From the IMG/VR virus record IMGVR_UViG_3300045918_000157, positions 1 through 64,000 of that record: 64,000 bases of DNA; one strand, given 5' to 3'. The notes under the pieces were generated by a model. That model did no database searches. It was given only the letters and a program-made list of their open reading frames with translations, and was not told where the DNA came from. Source of the DNA: a virus. The first letter of the stretch is position 1; the number at the start of each line of letters is the position of its first letter. Position numbers and translations under genes: made by a program. Below are positions 48,154 through 58,346 of this stretch, in pieces.

Positions 48154-48809
48154 AGGTTCCTCATCTTCTCAAGCGTGTAACGAAGGTTTTTGTCAATGTC
48201 AGATTGAGCCAGCATCCACTCTCTGTAGTCATTAGGTACTCTAAGTATAGTTATACCTTTATATTTACCATGAGGCATCTTAGCTATTAGGTGAGGCTTA
48301 TCTGAACGCTCCAATAGCGTCCTGAAATTAACACCGGCAATAGGTAGTATGTGCAAAAGCAAATCTCTGCATGTATGTACGTCACCAAGTGCTGTATGCG
48401 ACTTCTGCTCTGGTAGACCAAGCTCTACTTGTAGAGTGTCTAGCTTGTTGTTTGATGTTCCCTTAATGAACTCTCTTGCAAGTGCAAGTGTGCATAGGGT
48501 CTTGCTAGGTCGTATGAACGGGTCAGTCATCCTGACATCGAAACCCGCGTTGTGGCCGCACCAGATTACAGGCTCAATAAACCACGGCATCCTTGCCGTG
48601 ACTTGAGCCATAGTCTCACAGTTAGCTACATCAGCGTCTGTGATTCCGTGAATCTGTGTAGCCCTAGGGTCTATAGGCTTCTCTGGATTGACAAGAGTGC
48701 AGAACTCATCCAATATATTAAGTTCAAAGTCTACTCTCAGGTAAGCCAGTTCAACTACACCGCCTGTTAATCCGCACGTTTCCGTGTCAAGAATGAATAA
48801 CTCGTCCAT
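48150..48809 (-). CDS. DnaQ-like 3'-5' exonuclease (exonuclease X-like)
   Basis: DTETCG, HNAGFD, HTALGD, and C-terminal MPHGKYKG..VP.DY..W domain. Confidence 0.88.
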   Translation of the reverse strand: MDELFILDTETCGLTGGVVELAYLRVDFELNILDEFCTLVNPEKPIDPRATQIHGITDADVANCETMAQVTARMPWFIEPVIWCGHNAGFDVRMTDPFIRPSKTLCTLALAREFIKGTSNNKLDTLQVELGLPEQKSHTALGDVHTCRDLLLHILPIAGVNFRTLLERSDKPHLIAKMPHGKYKGITILRVPNDYREWMLAQSDIDKNLRYTLEKMRNL

Positions 48810-48829
48810 ACGTTGCCTTTAAAGTAACA

Positions 48830-48854
48830 GCCACGGCAAACAATTTGCCGTGGC
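48830..48854 (-). terminator. probable terminator hairpin after the SSB-like gene
   Basis: Perfect 11-bp stem GCCACGGCAAA/TTTGCCGTGGC with a weak U-tract on the minus strand. Confidence 0.6.
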
Positions 48855-48861
48855 CTTAAAC

Positions 48862-49665
48862 TTACGCCGTCTTCGCCAATGCTACAGAAGTAAACGTAGC
48901 TTTGGTGTAAACCTTGTCATCCTTGGACGCAAGTTCTGCTACTGCGTCAATGATCTTCAACTCGTCTTCAGTCTTGCGACCTTTACGAATTGCATTGACC
49001 GAGTTCGCAAGGTAGCGGCTCCACTGTACACGGCTCATAGGTGACAGGTCGAACTGCACCAACTGACCATCGTAAGTGCGGACCTTACCGCTACTGTTGA
49101 TGATTTCACCGACAACAACATTACGCTGCTTCACCGATGCCAGAGGAAAACCACCAGCCTTCAGGAATTCCAGATGCTCAGCAACTGGCGTACCATCGGA
49201 GCAGGTGATCTTGTCATCGCTGTAGCGCACCAACTCCTTAGGTGCCTTGTCATCGCCCGGATCAACCACCCAAGCATCCTGAAACGACAGCAACTCAAAG
49301 CGAATGGTGTCGCCAAGAATCGCTTTCGATTCACGCTCCACAAAGTTCCCGTTAGTGCAGGTCAACTGCGGAAACGTGTTGAAGTCTACCCGCATCGAGT
49401 TTTTCATACCCTCGCTGATAGCGTATGCTGGCGCTGGAATTGCCAACTCAGCCGGTCTAGCCGCCACGATAGCCGGTGCAGGAGCCGCCGGAGCGTCCGC
49501 TGCAGGGGTGACTACCGAAGTAGCGGTTTCGGTGGCTGCAGGAGCCGCCGTGTCAGCCGCCAGTGCCGCTGCGCTTTCCGAGGTCTGCGGCGCACTGGCG
49601 AATACCTCACCGGCAGAAGTTTCGTCGGCCTCAAAAGCGGGTACAGTTTTATCAAGAAGTCCCAT
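48862..49665 (-). CDS. putative single-stranded DNA-binding / replication accessory protein
   Basis: Low-complexity N-terminus plus beta-rich domain, own terminator, position in the replication module. The function is a positional inference. Confidence 0.5.
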   Translation of the reverse strand: MGLLDKTVPAFEADETSAGEVFASAPQTSESAAALAADTAAPAATETATSVVTPAADAPAAPAPAIVAARPAELAIPAPAYAISEGMKNSMRVDFNTFPQLTCTNGNFVERESKAILGDTIRFELLSFQDAWVVDPGDDKAPKELVRYSDDKITCSDGTPVAEHLEFLKAGGFPLASVKQRNVVVGEIINSSGKVRTYDGQLVQFDLSPMSRVQWSRYLANSVNAIRKGRKTEDELKIIDAVAELASKDDKVYTKATFTSVALAKTA

Positions 49666-49763
49666 AATAATCTCACTTTCGTTTCAGTTACAGTTACAGC
49701 TATCACTATGCCGGTACTTTCCCCGCTGTCAACCTACCGAAGGCAGGATTTCCAACTCTTTTG

Positions 49764-52661
49764 CTATGGTAAGGTAACATTTTTACCTGACCATTTCGAT
49801 ACACCAGACCGTTGCAGTTCGTCAAGGTCGAATATCAAGGTGTCTACTTGTACCCTTGTAGTACCCTTGCCTGCCCTCAAGTACTGAGGTATCTCACGCA
49901 TTGCTTGAATAAATGAATGCTCATTGTGGAAGTAGTACTCCATTCCTGACTGCTTGCAGTGGCCTCTGTACTTATGGTACGCAGCCCTTGGAGCAAGTGC
50001 CAGCACAGGCATACCACCAATCTCTGACAAGTTGTAGTCTTGGCCTTCAACAAGCCTGAGCCTGTCATCTATAGAAAGCTGCGACATGTCGCCCATAGAG
50101 GTCAGCACTTTGATGTACTCTGGACTCATGTTAACTACGCCATCAGAAGACCCTTTCATTACACCGCTTTGCATAGCGGCAAAGTCTGCCTCAAAATGCT
50201 CTTCAAACTCACTCTTAAAAATATCCTTAACAAGCGCCTTTAGCCGTAGCAACCCGAACATTGCTACCGAAGTGTTGAATATCATTCGTGGTGAGTTGCA
50301 CTTCTTAGCCAAAAACTCCTGCGGCGTCATAGTATGCTCTTCCTCAGGCTTGGCTATCATCTTGTCGATAACCTTGTTGTGCAGGCTTTCAAACTTTTCG
50401 TAGAACGAGTCCATGTGCGTATCATGCACTACCTGAGTAGCTACAGAGTGACCTATAGATGTCAGTATGTCTACTCCCTTCATCATCTTCATGTAGTTGG
50501 CAAAGTTGCTGCTGAACCTTGCTGCTGATGGCTTCCTGAAAGAGACAAGTACAGACCTGTCAGCGATAGCATTCTCTGTTTCTGGTGCCTCTGCAACAAA
50601 CACTATAGGCCCTGACATACTGATGCGACTCAGCGCATTGAACGACGACTTGGTTCGGTTACCTCCACCTCGTTGCGTATCGTGCATGTTGTAAGCACCA
50701 CGGAAAATAGCTCTAAACTTTTCAAGGTCTACGGGGTTCATCTTTGCAGGCTTGTACTCATCTAACATAACAGGGATAGAGCTACTTCCACCAACAGACT
50801 GTAAGAAGCTGAATGGTGTACTTGCCGGTGTTAGCATCTGCGCTTGCTGTTTGTAGTAGAACATACGTAACATAGCAAATGTCATCTCCGACTTACCAAG
50901 TCCAGCAGGACCGTAGATATGTAGTAGCGGAAACTTGTGGTATTTGATATGAAACTGTTGACGCCAGAACGTAGCGACCATCCAACCTACAAGTTTTCCT
51001 ATCGCATCGGATTCCTGACTAGCAAATAGCGCCTTCAATGTCTCACGAACTAGCTGCTTATTGCCTGTCTCAGCCTCTATGTATTGCCATATTGTCGGAG
51101 CTAGTGTCAAGTCTGTCTTCATTACTCCTTCAGGGTCTGGATCACCTGAGAACTCAAACTTCGTGTTTGTATCTGTAACAAAGGACGGTGCCCTAACTCC
51201 CGCACCATCGGCCCATACCACAAAAGGGTTACGCAACTCAATGTGTTCTGACGTAGGGACGTTGATGACATTGACACCCTCAGAGTCGATGATGTACCTT
51301 GTGTCTGAGCACTTGTGTAACATGATTTGTAGCACTCCTCTGGCATGTATGTCTGAACCTGTGAATGAGCCTCCATAGATAGAAACCGCACTGTGTAAGC
51401 TGCTTGATCCTGTGAAGTGCGAAGCTGATAGCGTAATCGGTAACAAGTCTCTATCTACGCCAGTCAAAGTCGCCTTAATTCCTACTATCTCTTGTGTCTT
51501 TATCGTTATCAGTTTTACAATGCTGGTAAAAATAAAGTTTGAGATTGGAACATCGCCAGCGTCACCTTTGCTTGACACATATTGCTTACCAATTATTGAA
51601 ACCCCATTGCTGAATGCTTCTGTATTGTCAGAGTCAACTAACTCACCTTCAGAGTCATACTGAGGTTCTACAGACCCTTTAGGCAACAGGGCTTTCATAG
51701 GCCCTACGGCATACTCGTATGAGGTGTTGGCCTCAACATAGCCTGCCATGCGCCTTATCTCTGCTTCACGTTTGCTAGGCGTATTATACCTGTTACCATC
51801 ACCGTTATGGGAGTTAATCAGGCCAGCGCAGTTGGCTATTAGAGCATTCTCTGACATGCCAGCATCGCGGGCATAGATAGCAACCTGAATTGCAATATTG
51901 TTGAAGCCAGCGCCTGTAACAACCTCGCCCGCCATAATCTTCTGAATTATGGGAAGATGTAGTTGTATGGTTTTAGCATCAATCGGTTTAGCCTTCTTGT
52001 GAGAAGACCTAGCTACCTTCTGCTTCGCTGCATCGTAGATGAGCGCAAAAGCAGCCCTGAATACTGGAGTACTTACGGCTACAACACGCTTGCTGCGGCA
52101 GAGGTCTTTGTATGACTCAGCATTAAGACCGCGCAATTCAGCAACGGTGATAGGCACCCGGTAGTTATTATTTTCCCGAATGTTGTAACAGGTGCGCAGC
52201 ATACGTCCGCTACGTGCTGTATACACCTTGTAATCTGTAGTGTCAGTAGCTAATTTGTAGGCTATCTCTTTGTAGATAGCAGGCAAGTACTGCAGCGGTA
52301 CTTGCTTTTCCATGAACACAACTGGACTAATCAGAATGTGCAAGCCCTTCTTGCCACTCAGGAATATGTCTATGTCAGTTGCCTGTAGACCTTCTGAGAA
52401 GAGCTTATCAATTAACCAGTTAGCATCAGTGATGCTGTCCTCTACATCAACTGAGTCCAAGTCAAAGTACATTGGACCATAGTACTTTGCGCTATCAAGC
52501 AACTCTCTTGTTGGCTTGTCAGCTGGTAGTGTACCTAGCGTGTCAAGTGCGAGAATCGTTGTGAACGTTGGTGAAGCAGCCGTAAGGTCAGCGTCACTTT
52601 TAGTAAGGTGCCAGTCTTCCGTACCGCCTATCAGCTGATAATACTTATATAGTTGTGCCAC
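49764..52661 (-). CDS. primase-helicase (AEP-like N-terminus + P-loop helicase)
   Basis: YFDLD and SGKKGLH AEP motifs, GPAGLGKS Walker A, VMLDE Walker B. Confidence 0.82.
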   Translation of the reverse strand: MAQLYKYYQLIGGTEDWHLTKSDADLTAASPTFTTILALDTLGTLPADKPTRELLDSAKYYGPMYFDLDSVDVEDSITDANWLIDKLFSEGLQATDIDIFLSGKKGLHILISPVVFMEKQVPLQYLPAIYKEIAYKLATDTTDYKVYTARSGRMLRTCYNIRENNNYRVPITVAELRGLNAESYKDLCRSKRVVAVSTPVFRAAFALIYDAAKQKVARSSHKKAKPIDAKTIQLHLPIIQKIMAGEVVTGAGFNNIAIQVAIYARDAGMSENALIANCAGLINSHNGDGNRYNTPSKREAEIRRMAGYVEANTSYEYAVGPMKALLPKGSVEPQYDSEGELVDSDNTEAFSNGVSIIGKQYVSSKGDAGDVPISNFIFTSIVKLITIKTQEIVGIKATLTGVDRDLLPITLSASHFTGSSSLHSAVSIYGGSFTGSDIHARGVLQIMLHKCSDTRYIIDSEGVNVINVPTSEHIELRNPFVVWADGAGVRAPSFVTDTNTKFEFSGDPDPEGVMKTDLTLAPTIWQYIEAETGNKQLVRETLKALFASQESDAIGKLVGWMVATFWRQQFHIKYHKFPLLHIYGPAGLGKSEMTFAMLRMFYYKQQAQMLTPASTPFSFLQSVGGSSSIPVMLDEYKPAKMNPVDLEKFRAIFRGAYNMHDTQRGGGNRTKSSFNALSRISMSGPIVFVAEAPETENAIADRSVLVSFRKPSAARFSSNFANYMKMMKGVDILTSIGHSVATQVVHDTHMDSFYEKFESLHNKVIDKMIAKPEEEHTMTPQEFLAKKCNSPRMIFNTSVAMFGLLRLKALVKDIFKSEFEEHFEADFAAMQSGVMKGSSDGVVNMSPEYIKVLTSMGDMSQLSIDDRLRLVEGQDYNLSEIGGMPVLALAPRAAYHKYRGHCKQSGMEYYFHNEHSFIQAMREIPQYLRAGKGTTRVQVDTLIFDLDELQRSGVSKWSGKNVTLP

Positions 52662-52680
52662 TTCGGGACTCCTAATCTAC

Positions 52681-53169
52681 TTATATAGTCTGAATAGCCC
52701 TTGGGTAGTAGTGCTGAAATGTAGCGTACTCAAGTACGTATACATTACCGCGTTCTTTCGGTGACATAGGGTTAGAGAGAGTTCGATAGGCAAGATTAAA
52801 CTTGACGTTAAATCTCCCACGATGCTGATTGAAGTCGATAGTAGTGTGTTGGACATGCCACAAGAAACAGCTTGGTGCTATCTCAAGTGGTGCATGACCA
52901 ACCCACTGTTCTCTACCGCTGGAGTCAACCCACATAGAGGCTGTACCTGTGCGAAGACCGACCTTGAAGTCTTGACAGGTGTACACATTAAGCACATCAG
53001 CAGTGCCATTGTCAGTAGTGAAGGCCACTAACTGTTTACCTTGGAAGGCCTGAAACTTATGCCCACTACGGCACGCATACCAGCGATCTAAGGCGTCAGG
53101 TTTTAAAGTACTAGCAAAGTGGTTGCCAAAAGTCAACTCGTCAGCTAGGCTTATTACAGCATTAGTCAT
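52681..53169 (-). CDS. hypothetical protein
   Basis: 162-aa ORF upstream of the primase gene, same strand. Confidence 0.7.
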   Translation of the reverse strand: MTNAVISLADELTFGNHFASTLKPDALDRWYACRSGHKFQAFQGKQLVAFTTDNGTADVLNVYTCQDFKVGLRTGTASMWVDSSGREQWVGHAPLEIAPSCFLWHVQHTTIDFNQHRGRFNVKFNLAYRTLSNPMSPKERGNVYVLEYATFQHYYPRAIQTI

Positions 53170-53498
53170 TTATAGGTACTTATCTACTACTTGTGAAGCA
53201 CCTCTGGTGCTAGGTTCGTTGCTCGGACCGAGATTGTAAGACCTTACCTACATGTTTGTGTACTATATGACGTACTCAATATGCAGATAGTCCAGTACTA
53301 TGCTAGACAAAACCAAATTTAGTTAAGTCCAAGCAAGCATTTACGGTCGGGCTGAGTGTTAGCTTAGAATGTCAGGCAGCGGTACACCTAAGATTAGCTG
53401 GTGATACAGACTATCCTTAGGTACGTGGCTTAACTTGCTGCTGTTTCTGAGCGGCCAAAGACTGCCTGTTGAGGCATGTGGTAATTTCGGCATAGCAT

Positions 53499-53600
53499 AG
53501 CTCCGCAGTCAGGTGGGCCAACTCCGGTGAATGTTGCCGGGCGGCTCGACCTGACGGTCATAGAAATCGGCTCGGAATTGGCCCGCCTGACTACGGAACT
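53499..53600. repeat. 28-bp imperfect inverted repeat
   Basis: AGCTCCGCAGTCAGGTGGGCCAACTCCG (53499-53526) vs CGGAATTGGCCCGCCTGACTACGGAACT (53573-53600): 24 of 28 Watson-Crick pairs, all four mismatches transitions. Confidence 0.9.
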
Positions 53601-53645
53601 GCAAAAACTGAGCCACCAATTACGCCATTCACGGCGTGAAAAACA

Positions 53646-55103
53646 TTATAGACCCAAAAGGGATTTTCGCAGACTTTCTTTTGTAACCTCTACCTGAACC
53701 GCACAATCATCGTTTCGTAACAGGTGCTCTAACAGTCGTTCCTGTATTGTTCCAAGTGCAACCCCGATGCGTTGCGTGGGAATATTCTTCTGGCCCATTC
53801 TATCTATCCTTCCTAGGGCTTGCCTCATATATATAGGTACCGTTGTCAATTCAAAGAACAGGCTCTCCCAACACACCTCCTGTGGGTTCAACCCTGCACC
53901 AGCCGACTGATACTGCGCTACCAGTATACGTGTATTGGGGTCGTGCATAAACGCCTCTACAGACTTCTCCGCATTGGACCCGCCATAGGCAGCAACTGCT
54001 CTGTACCCCTTGTTCAATAGGTACTCAGTTACCCTGCCCGATGTCATCTTGTAGTTGGTCCATACGATCAGCTTACTGGCATCAAGTTCGTTACACCTTG
54101 TCTGCTCAATCGTTAGATCAAGCAGGTCAAAGGTGGTGGACCTCTTCTTCGGGTCATTGCTAAAGTGTTCAAAGTTAGCAACAATCTGTTGTAGAGCGTG
54201 ATGCAGTCTGGTTGCCGTTGATGCGTCGATCTTTTCTCCGTTGTCAAACTTTAGCATTTGCTCGTCAACAAGCTTTTCATACAAGTCGGAATGCTCATTG
54301 CTAAGCTCATACGTGCAGTCAGGAAAGTTTGGCGGGTTGTTATACCCGTGCAGTTGAAGCTTGCTTCTAGTGATGGTCTGCAAAGCAAAGTCCCTAGCCA
54401 TCAGATTAAGATGCTGATAGGCTATGGGCTTCTTGAAGAAGTCCTTCTCAGCTACATACATATTCTCGAACTGCCCATAACTCCGGTAGAGTTCTGGCGT
54501 CTTCAAAGTTATGTATGCGTATGCGTCAAGTGGTTTGCTGATAGGTGTTCCGGTAAGCATCTGCAACGACTCACCAAGTGTCATTGCTTGTATGTTACCG
54601 AACAGCTTTGACTCTATGTTCTTCAGTGCGTGTGCCTCATCCAGTATAACCTCTGCATGATTACGCCGGCGAAACTCAAGCTTCAGCCTTGCGTAATCAA
54701 TTCGGTATAGTGAATGACTAACTACAACCCAACGAGCGCCGCTGATCTCAATTTCTCTACGCTCTTTTGGGTTGCCTCGGTACGTAACAACCTTGGACGA
54801 AACTTTATTGAGCCACCTCACCCAAGGTGTTATCAGGATTGGCGGCACCGCAACGATAGTGAAATCGTGGCCTCTCATGAGAGAGACAGCTGTACTTACT
54901 ACGGTCTTGCCACCACCTACAGCATAGAAGTTCCCGCTAACATTCAGCTGCGAAAACTCATTAACGTCTTCAACTTGCAGGGGTGATAGTGTAAAGCCGC
55001 ACCTTTCGCTGAATCCATACGCTGCATCAAACTCCGCGAACGTCTTGTAGACCGAGTTGGGCTTGTACTTGGGTAAGTTCTGGACTTCCATTACAGTTGA
55101 CAT
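53646..55103 (-). CDS. SNF2-family (SF2) helicase
   Basis: GGGKT, ILDEAH, LTGTP, GAGLN and QALGRIDRMGQ. Confidence 0.92.
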   Translation of the reverse strand: MSTVMEVQNLPKYKPNSVYKTFAEFDAAYGFSERCGFTLSPLQVEDVNEFSQLNVSGNFYAVGGGKTVVSTAVSLMRGHDFTIVAVPPILITPWVRWLNKVSSKVVTYRGNPKERREIEISGARWVVVSHSLYRIDYARLKLEFRRRNHAEVILDEAHALKNIESKLFGNIQAMTLGESLQMLTGTPISKPLDAYAYITLKTPELYRSYGQFENMYVAEKDFFKKPIAYQHLNLMARDFALQTITRSKLQLHGYNNPPNFPDCTYELSNEHSDLYEKLVDEQMLKFDNGEKIDASTATRLHHALQQIVANFEHFSNDPKKRSTTFDLLDLTIEQTRCNELDASKLIVWTNYKMTSGRVTEYLLNKGYRAVAAYGGSNAEKSVEAFMHDPNTRILVAQYQSAGAGLNPQEVCWESLFFELTTVPIYMRQALGRIDRMGQKNIPTQRIGVALGTIQERLLEHLLRNDDCAVQVEVTKESLRKSLLGL

Positions 55104-55440
55104 TTGTTTGCATCCAGTTCTTAAACTCTTCTTCAGTGAATAACGTTAGCCACGATGAGAGTGGATGCTTCTCTACTTCAACCCTTGACAGCCTTCCGCA
55201 TGTAACCAATACATCAATGGCTTTTCGGTGGTCCTCAATAGTGGATAGTTCGCCGTTAACAGCGACGTACATCAAGTTGAATGCACCGGGACACTGCATG
55301 GCAATGATACCAACACCAACCGGCTTACCAGACTCGGGGTGCGGCAGCACGTATGCCGATGGATGTTTTGGGGACCAATGGAACTTGGCAAGTTTTCGGA
55401 CAAGCTCCCTTATTTGCAGGTCGATAGTGTCGGGTGTCAT
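55027..55440 (-). CDS. hypothetical protein
   Basis: 137-aa ORF coupled to the ligase stop (ATGA overlap). Confidence 0.65.
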   Translation of the reverse strand: MTPDTIDLQIRELVRKLAKFHWSPKHPSAYVLPHPESGKPVGVGIIAMQCPGAFNLMYVAVNGELSTIEDHRKAIDVLVTCGRLSRVEVEKHPLSSWLTLFTEEEFKNWMQTNVNCNGSPELTQVQAQLGLQDVRGV

Positions 55441-56399
55441 GCTCGTTCCTTAGGGTTACCACCAACCCAATCACATACATCTTCAGGGTTCATATCAGCC
55501 TTATCTCGCCATCCTATCCACCGTCCATGGCGGGCACCGTCATTAGTCATAGCACCATAGCTCATGCTGCGGTACTTAAGGTAGCCACCCTTACGGTGAA
55601 GCGGGTTAAGCACATAAGCCTCCCACTCTGCTATGCGCTCAGCGTGCGTCATCTTGCCAGCGCCAACCTTGAAGATAGTGTTTGTCAGTACGTCGCGCAC
55701 TCTATAGCCGCCAACCATCCCCTTACCAGACTTGTTTTCCGCGTGTGTGCTTCGCTTTGTTTCGCCTACATCGTTGGTATAAGCCTCGTTCTCATTTAGC
55801 ATAGCCTCTAGTGTCTCAAGGATTTCACCCTCAAAGTCTTCCTCAGGCTTGAGTTTGATTTGCTCCTGACTCTTTGGCGTAGCCTTTCCGTACTTGTACA
55901 GGCCGTCAGGGTCAACCAAGATTGCACCCTCGTAGCCTTCTGACAGGTACTTCTCGTACAATTCAAGCATCTGCTCATCATTGCTTACTATGTCTTGCTC
56001 AACAAAGATAATGCGAGGGTTATCCAGTGCAATGCAGACAGTTTTAAGCCAGGCCTTGCGCGCGATTGCAACATCACTACTGTTGCACAAGTCAAACACA
56101 TAGAAGGCAAACTCTGGTGTACCATTCTGAGTCATGACAGCGCTGAATGTCGTACCGTAGCAAGTCTCAATGTCAGGCTTGCCACTGATCAACTCACCGT
56201 CAATACCATTAGGTACGTTAGACTCTAACCATACCCGCATGTGGTGGTTTGGGATTGGTTTGCCGCTCTTTGTGACGGCCTTGCCTTGGTGTAGGCAACA
56301 GCGTATGCCGTCGAGCTTACGCGACATCAGTCTAGGATAGCGGATTGGATGCTCTGCCGTGGGTGCTACGCTTCGCATCGGCTTGAATACTTTTACCAT
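55437..56399 (-). CDS. ATP-dependent DNA ligase
   Basis: KLDG (motif I), DGEL (III), FYVFD (IIIa), EGAIL (IV), KLKP (V). Confidence 0.93.
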   Translation of the reverse strand: MVKVFKPMRSVAPTAEHPIRYPRLMSRKLDGIRCCLHQGKAVTKSGKPIPNHHMRVWLESNVPNGIDGELISGKPDIETCYGTTFSAVMTQNGTPEFAFYVFDLCNSSDVAIARKAWLKTVCIALDNPRIIFVEQDIVSNDEQMLELYEKYLSEGYEGAILVDPDGLYKYGKATPKSQEQIKLKPEEDFEGEILETLEAMLNENEAYTNDVGETKRSTHAENKSGKGMVGGYRVRDVLTNTIFKVGAGKMTHAERIAEWEAYVLNPLHRKGGYLKYRSMSYGAMTNDGARHGRWIGWRDKADMNPEDVCDWVGGNPKERA

Positions 56400-56412
56400 A
56401 CTTATTCCTTAC

Positions 56413-56580
56413 TTATGTTACTCTGTTCCAAATAGCTTCAAGCTTCTCTATCTGCTTGACAGACAGGCCATTGCCCCTACTAAACTGGACTCCGATTGAG
56501 TCTATAAAACCTCGCTCCCAATCTGACAATTTAGATTCACGTTCCTCGCAGTCGTGTATCATTGCCTCTATCTCATCCAC
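56413..56580 (-). CDS. small hypothetical protein
   Basis: GTG after AAGGAG RBS; LSDWERGFIDS...LS.KQ..L..IW motif (3' part of ORF 56413..56712). Confidence 0.65.
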   Translation of the reverse strand: MDEIEAMIHDCEERESKLSDWERGFIDSIGVQFSRGNGLSVKQIEKLEAIWNRVT

Positions 56581-56596
56581 AGCTATCTCCTTTACG

Positions 56597-56797
56597 TTAG
56601 CGTTTAGGAAGTGGGCACCAAGCTTTCCAAAACTTGTCGCCGTGATACTCGCTGTAAACAAGTACCCCGCCAGCGCCAAGCAGTTGAAGCTTGACGCCTC
56701 TAGGGCAGGCATCCATATTATAGTTTACGCGAACGTGGACGGCTACAGCAACAGTCTTATCTGTATTGATCCTGTAATCGTCTGTGTTAATGGACAT
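56597..56797 (-). CDS. hypothetical protein (DUF551-like)
   Basis: CPRGVKLQLL...AWCPLP motif. Confidence 0.6.
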   Translation of the reverse strand: MSINTDDYRINTDKTVAVAVHVRVNYNMDACPRGVKLQLLGAGGVLVYSEYHGDKFWKAWCPLPKR

Positions 56798-56881
56798 AGC
56801 TAACTCTTACGAATCCTGAGGTACACGATCAAGACTGACACGTATATTAACGAAGCAGCTATTACGTATACATCAACCGCA

Positions 56882-57424
56882 TCACGCATCGTGTTCGCCT
56901 TTAAGCGCTTTAATCTCAATCTCTTCCTTCTGCTTCTCATCAAGCAGAGGATAGATGTCAACTCCATTGACTTCAGCGCTGACCAAGGTCATAGACTCTG
57001 GATAGTCAGGCTCCATCTGCAGGCCTGAGCCTTGCTCCCGACTACCGCGCTCGGCCTCTTCGTACTCAAGTTCGCACACAACTGGTACAGTCAGGCCACC
57101 ATCCCACTCATACGTGTGGTAGCCAGTAGCAGGAATTGGAGACAGGAATCGGTCTACAATCTCCTGAAAGGCCGGGTGCAAGCCTTGACCCAAGCCCGGA
57201 GCGGGGACTTTTGCAGGTATGGGGTCGATAGCCGGTACAGGCTTTCCGAGAACATCAGCGAGTAACTTGAAGTCATCTCCGCTCATCGTGACCGAGTAAG
57301 TCGTGATCTTTTCGCCGTTAGGGCCTGCCTTGGAGCGGCCTTCGCTGATAACGGCTCCGTAGGCCAGTGCCAAATCGAAGGCTGTGTCTGCTGATCTGGT
57401 CAACTGTATGTCTTTATGTGTCAT
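56882..57424 (-). CDS. hypothetical protein
   Basis: 180-aa ORF with AAAGGTAG RBS. Confidence 0.65.
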   Translation of the reverse strand: MTHKDIQLTRSADTAFDLALAYGAVISEGRSKAGPNGEKITTYSVTMSGDDFKLLADVLGKPVPAIDPIPAKVPAPGLGQGLHPAFQEIVDRFLSPIPATGYHTYEWDGGLTVPVVCELEYEEAERGSREQGSGLQMEPDYPESMTLVSAEVNGVDIYPLLDEKQKEEIEIKALKGEHDA

Positions 57425-57546
57425 TACTATCTACCTTTGAGGTTACATTTAAATTACTGCTGATGCTGTGACTAATTATCGTTACCTTTGCTTGGGCTGT
57501 GCTGTGAGTGAGTATCCAATCTTTGATAAGTCCAATATTTGAAAAC

Positions 57547-57570
57547 AAAAAAGGCCTCGAATGAGGCCTT
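57547..57570 (-). terminator. Rho-independent terminator
   Basis: Minus strand AAGGCCTC-ATTC-GAGGCC followed by TTTTTT. Confidence 0.85.
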
Positions 57571-57588
57571 TAGTGTGCGTATCTGGTG

Positions 57589-57780
57589 TCAGATGGTAGG
57601 GTCTTTAGTTTCCTCCAACGGACTCAGAAAATGTGGGTAATACTCTACGATGTTGTCGTTATCGTCCAAGTCCCAACAGGATTGGCAACCGTGACAGACA
57701 AAGCCTTTAAAGGTCTTGCCTTCGTGTGTGAACGTTTGCTCACCTCTAAGCTTCTTTTTGCACAGTTCTTCGTAGGTCAC
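57589..57780 (-). CDS. small Cys-containing hypothetical protein
   Basis: 63 aa, CxxC (CHGCQSC), GGAGG RBS. Confidence 0.6.
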   Translation of the reverse strand: MTYEELCKKKLRGEQTFTHEGKTFKGFVCHGCQSCWDLDDNDNIVEYYPHFLSPLEETKDPTI

Positions 57781-57968
57781 ACCACCTCCTTTAGTGGGTC
57801 CATTGCATTAAGGCGCACAGCAACCTTCTCTGCATCGCCCTCAAAGTAGTACATCTTGCCAATCATGTTGTCATGTAAGGCGTCGTGTACTTGGTACATA
57901 CCAGCGTTAACTGGCGTAGGGACTAGTCGTACTGTGTATCTCATTTGTGTCTCCTTAGTTTCAGGCAA
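57777..57968 (-). CDS. small hypothetical protein
   Basis: ORF in the early cluster. The start is probably the internal Met after AAGGAG. Confidence 0.55.
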   Translation of the reverse strand: MPETKETQMRYTVRLVPTPVNAGMYQVHDALHDNMIGKMYYFEGDAEKVAVRLNAMDPLKEVV

Positions 57969-58179
57969 GCTCTAGCCGTTTTTCAACTCTCATTAGCCTA
58001 TCTGAGAGTCTGTCTATACTCTGTTGCATCCGATTGAAGTCGCTGTGTAAGTACGACAAACCTGACTCAACCTGAGATAGTCTTGCTACTATGTCAGTTT
58101 GAGAATGCTCCACACGATCCAGCGTGGCCTGAAAATGCTTCAAGTGTTCAAGCATTAGGTTTTCTATTTCGCCTGTCAT
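57961..58179 (-). CDS. small coiled-coil protein
   Basis: ENLMLEHLK...RL.RVEKRLEL heptad pattern, AGGAG RBS. Confidence 0.7.
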   Translation of the reverse strand: MTGEIENLMLEHLKHFQATLDRVEHSQTDIVARLSQVESGLSYLHSDFNRMQQSIDRLSDRLMRVEKRLELA

Positions 58180-58187
58180 ACGTACTC

Positions 58188-58346
58188 CTAGAAAAATTGC
58201 TTTATCAAAATAGCTGTCACAAGGGCTATAACTGCACCTAGCATCCAGTGTGCCTTGTCGAACTTGGCATCGAATTTAGCATCAAGCCTCTCAAGTGCTG
58301 CGTCAAGTCTTACGATGTCAGCCTTGGTTGCCAACTTTGAGTCCAT
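58188..58346 (-). CDS. DUF1640/CCDC90-like coiled coil + TM mini-protein
   Basis: LATKADI motif, coiled coil and WMLGAVIALVTAIL TM. AAAGGA RBS before ATG 58346. Confidence 0.65.
   Translation of the reverse strand: MDSKLATKADIVRLDAALERLDAKFDAKFDKAHWMLGAVIALVTAILIKQFF

Noticed and set aside
53527-53697. 56-codon plus-strand ORF (VNVAGRLDLTVIEIGSELARLTTELQ...) across the long inverted repeat
   Set aside because: GTG start without a clear RBS, buried in a stem, and overlapping the helicase 3' end; not supportable as a CDS.
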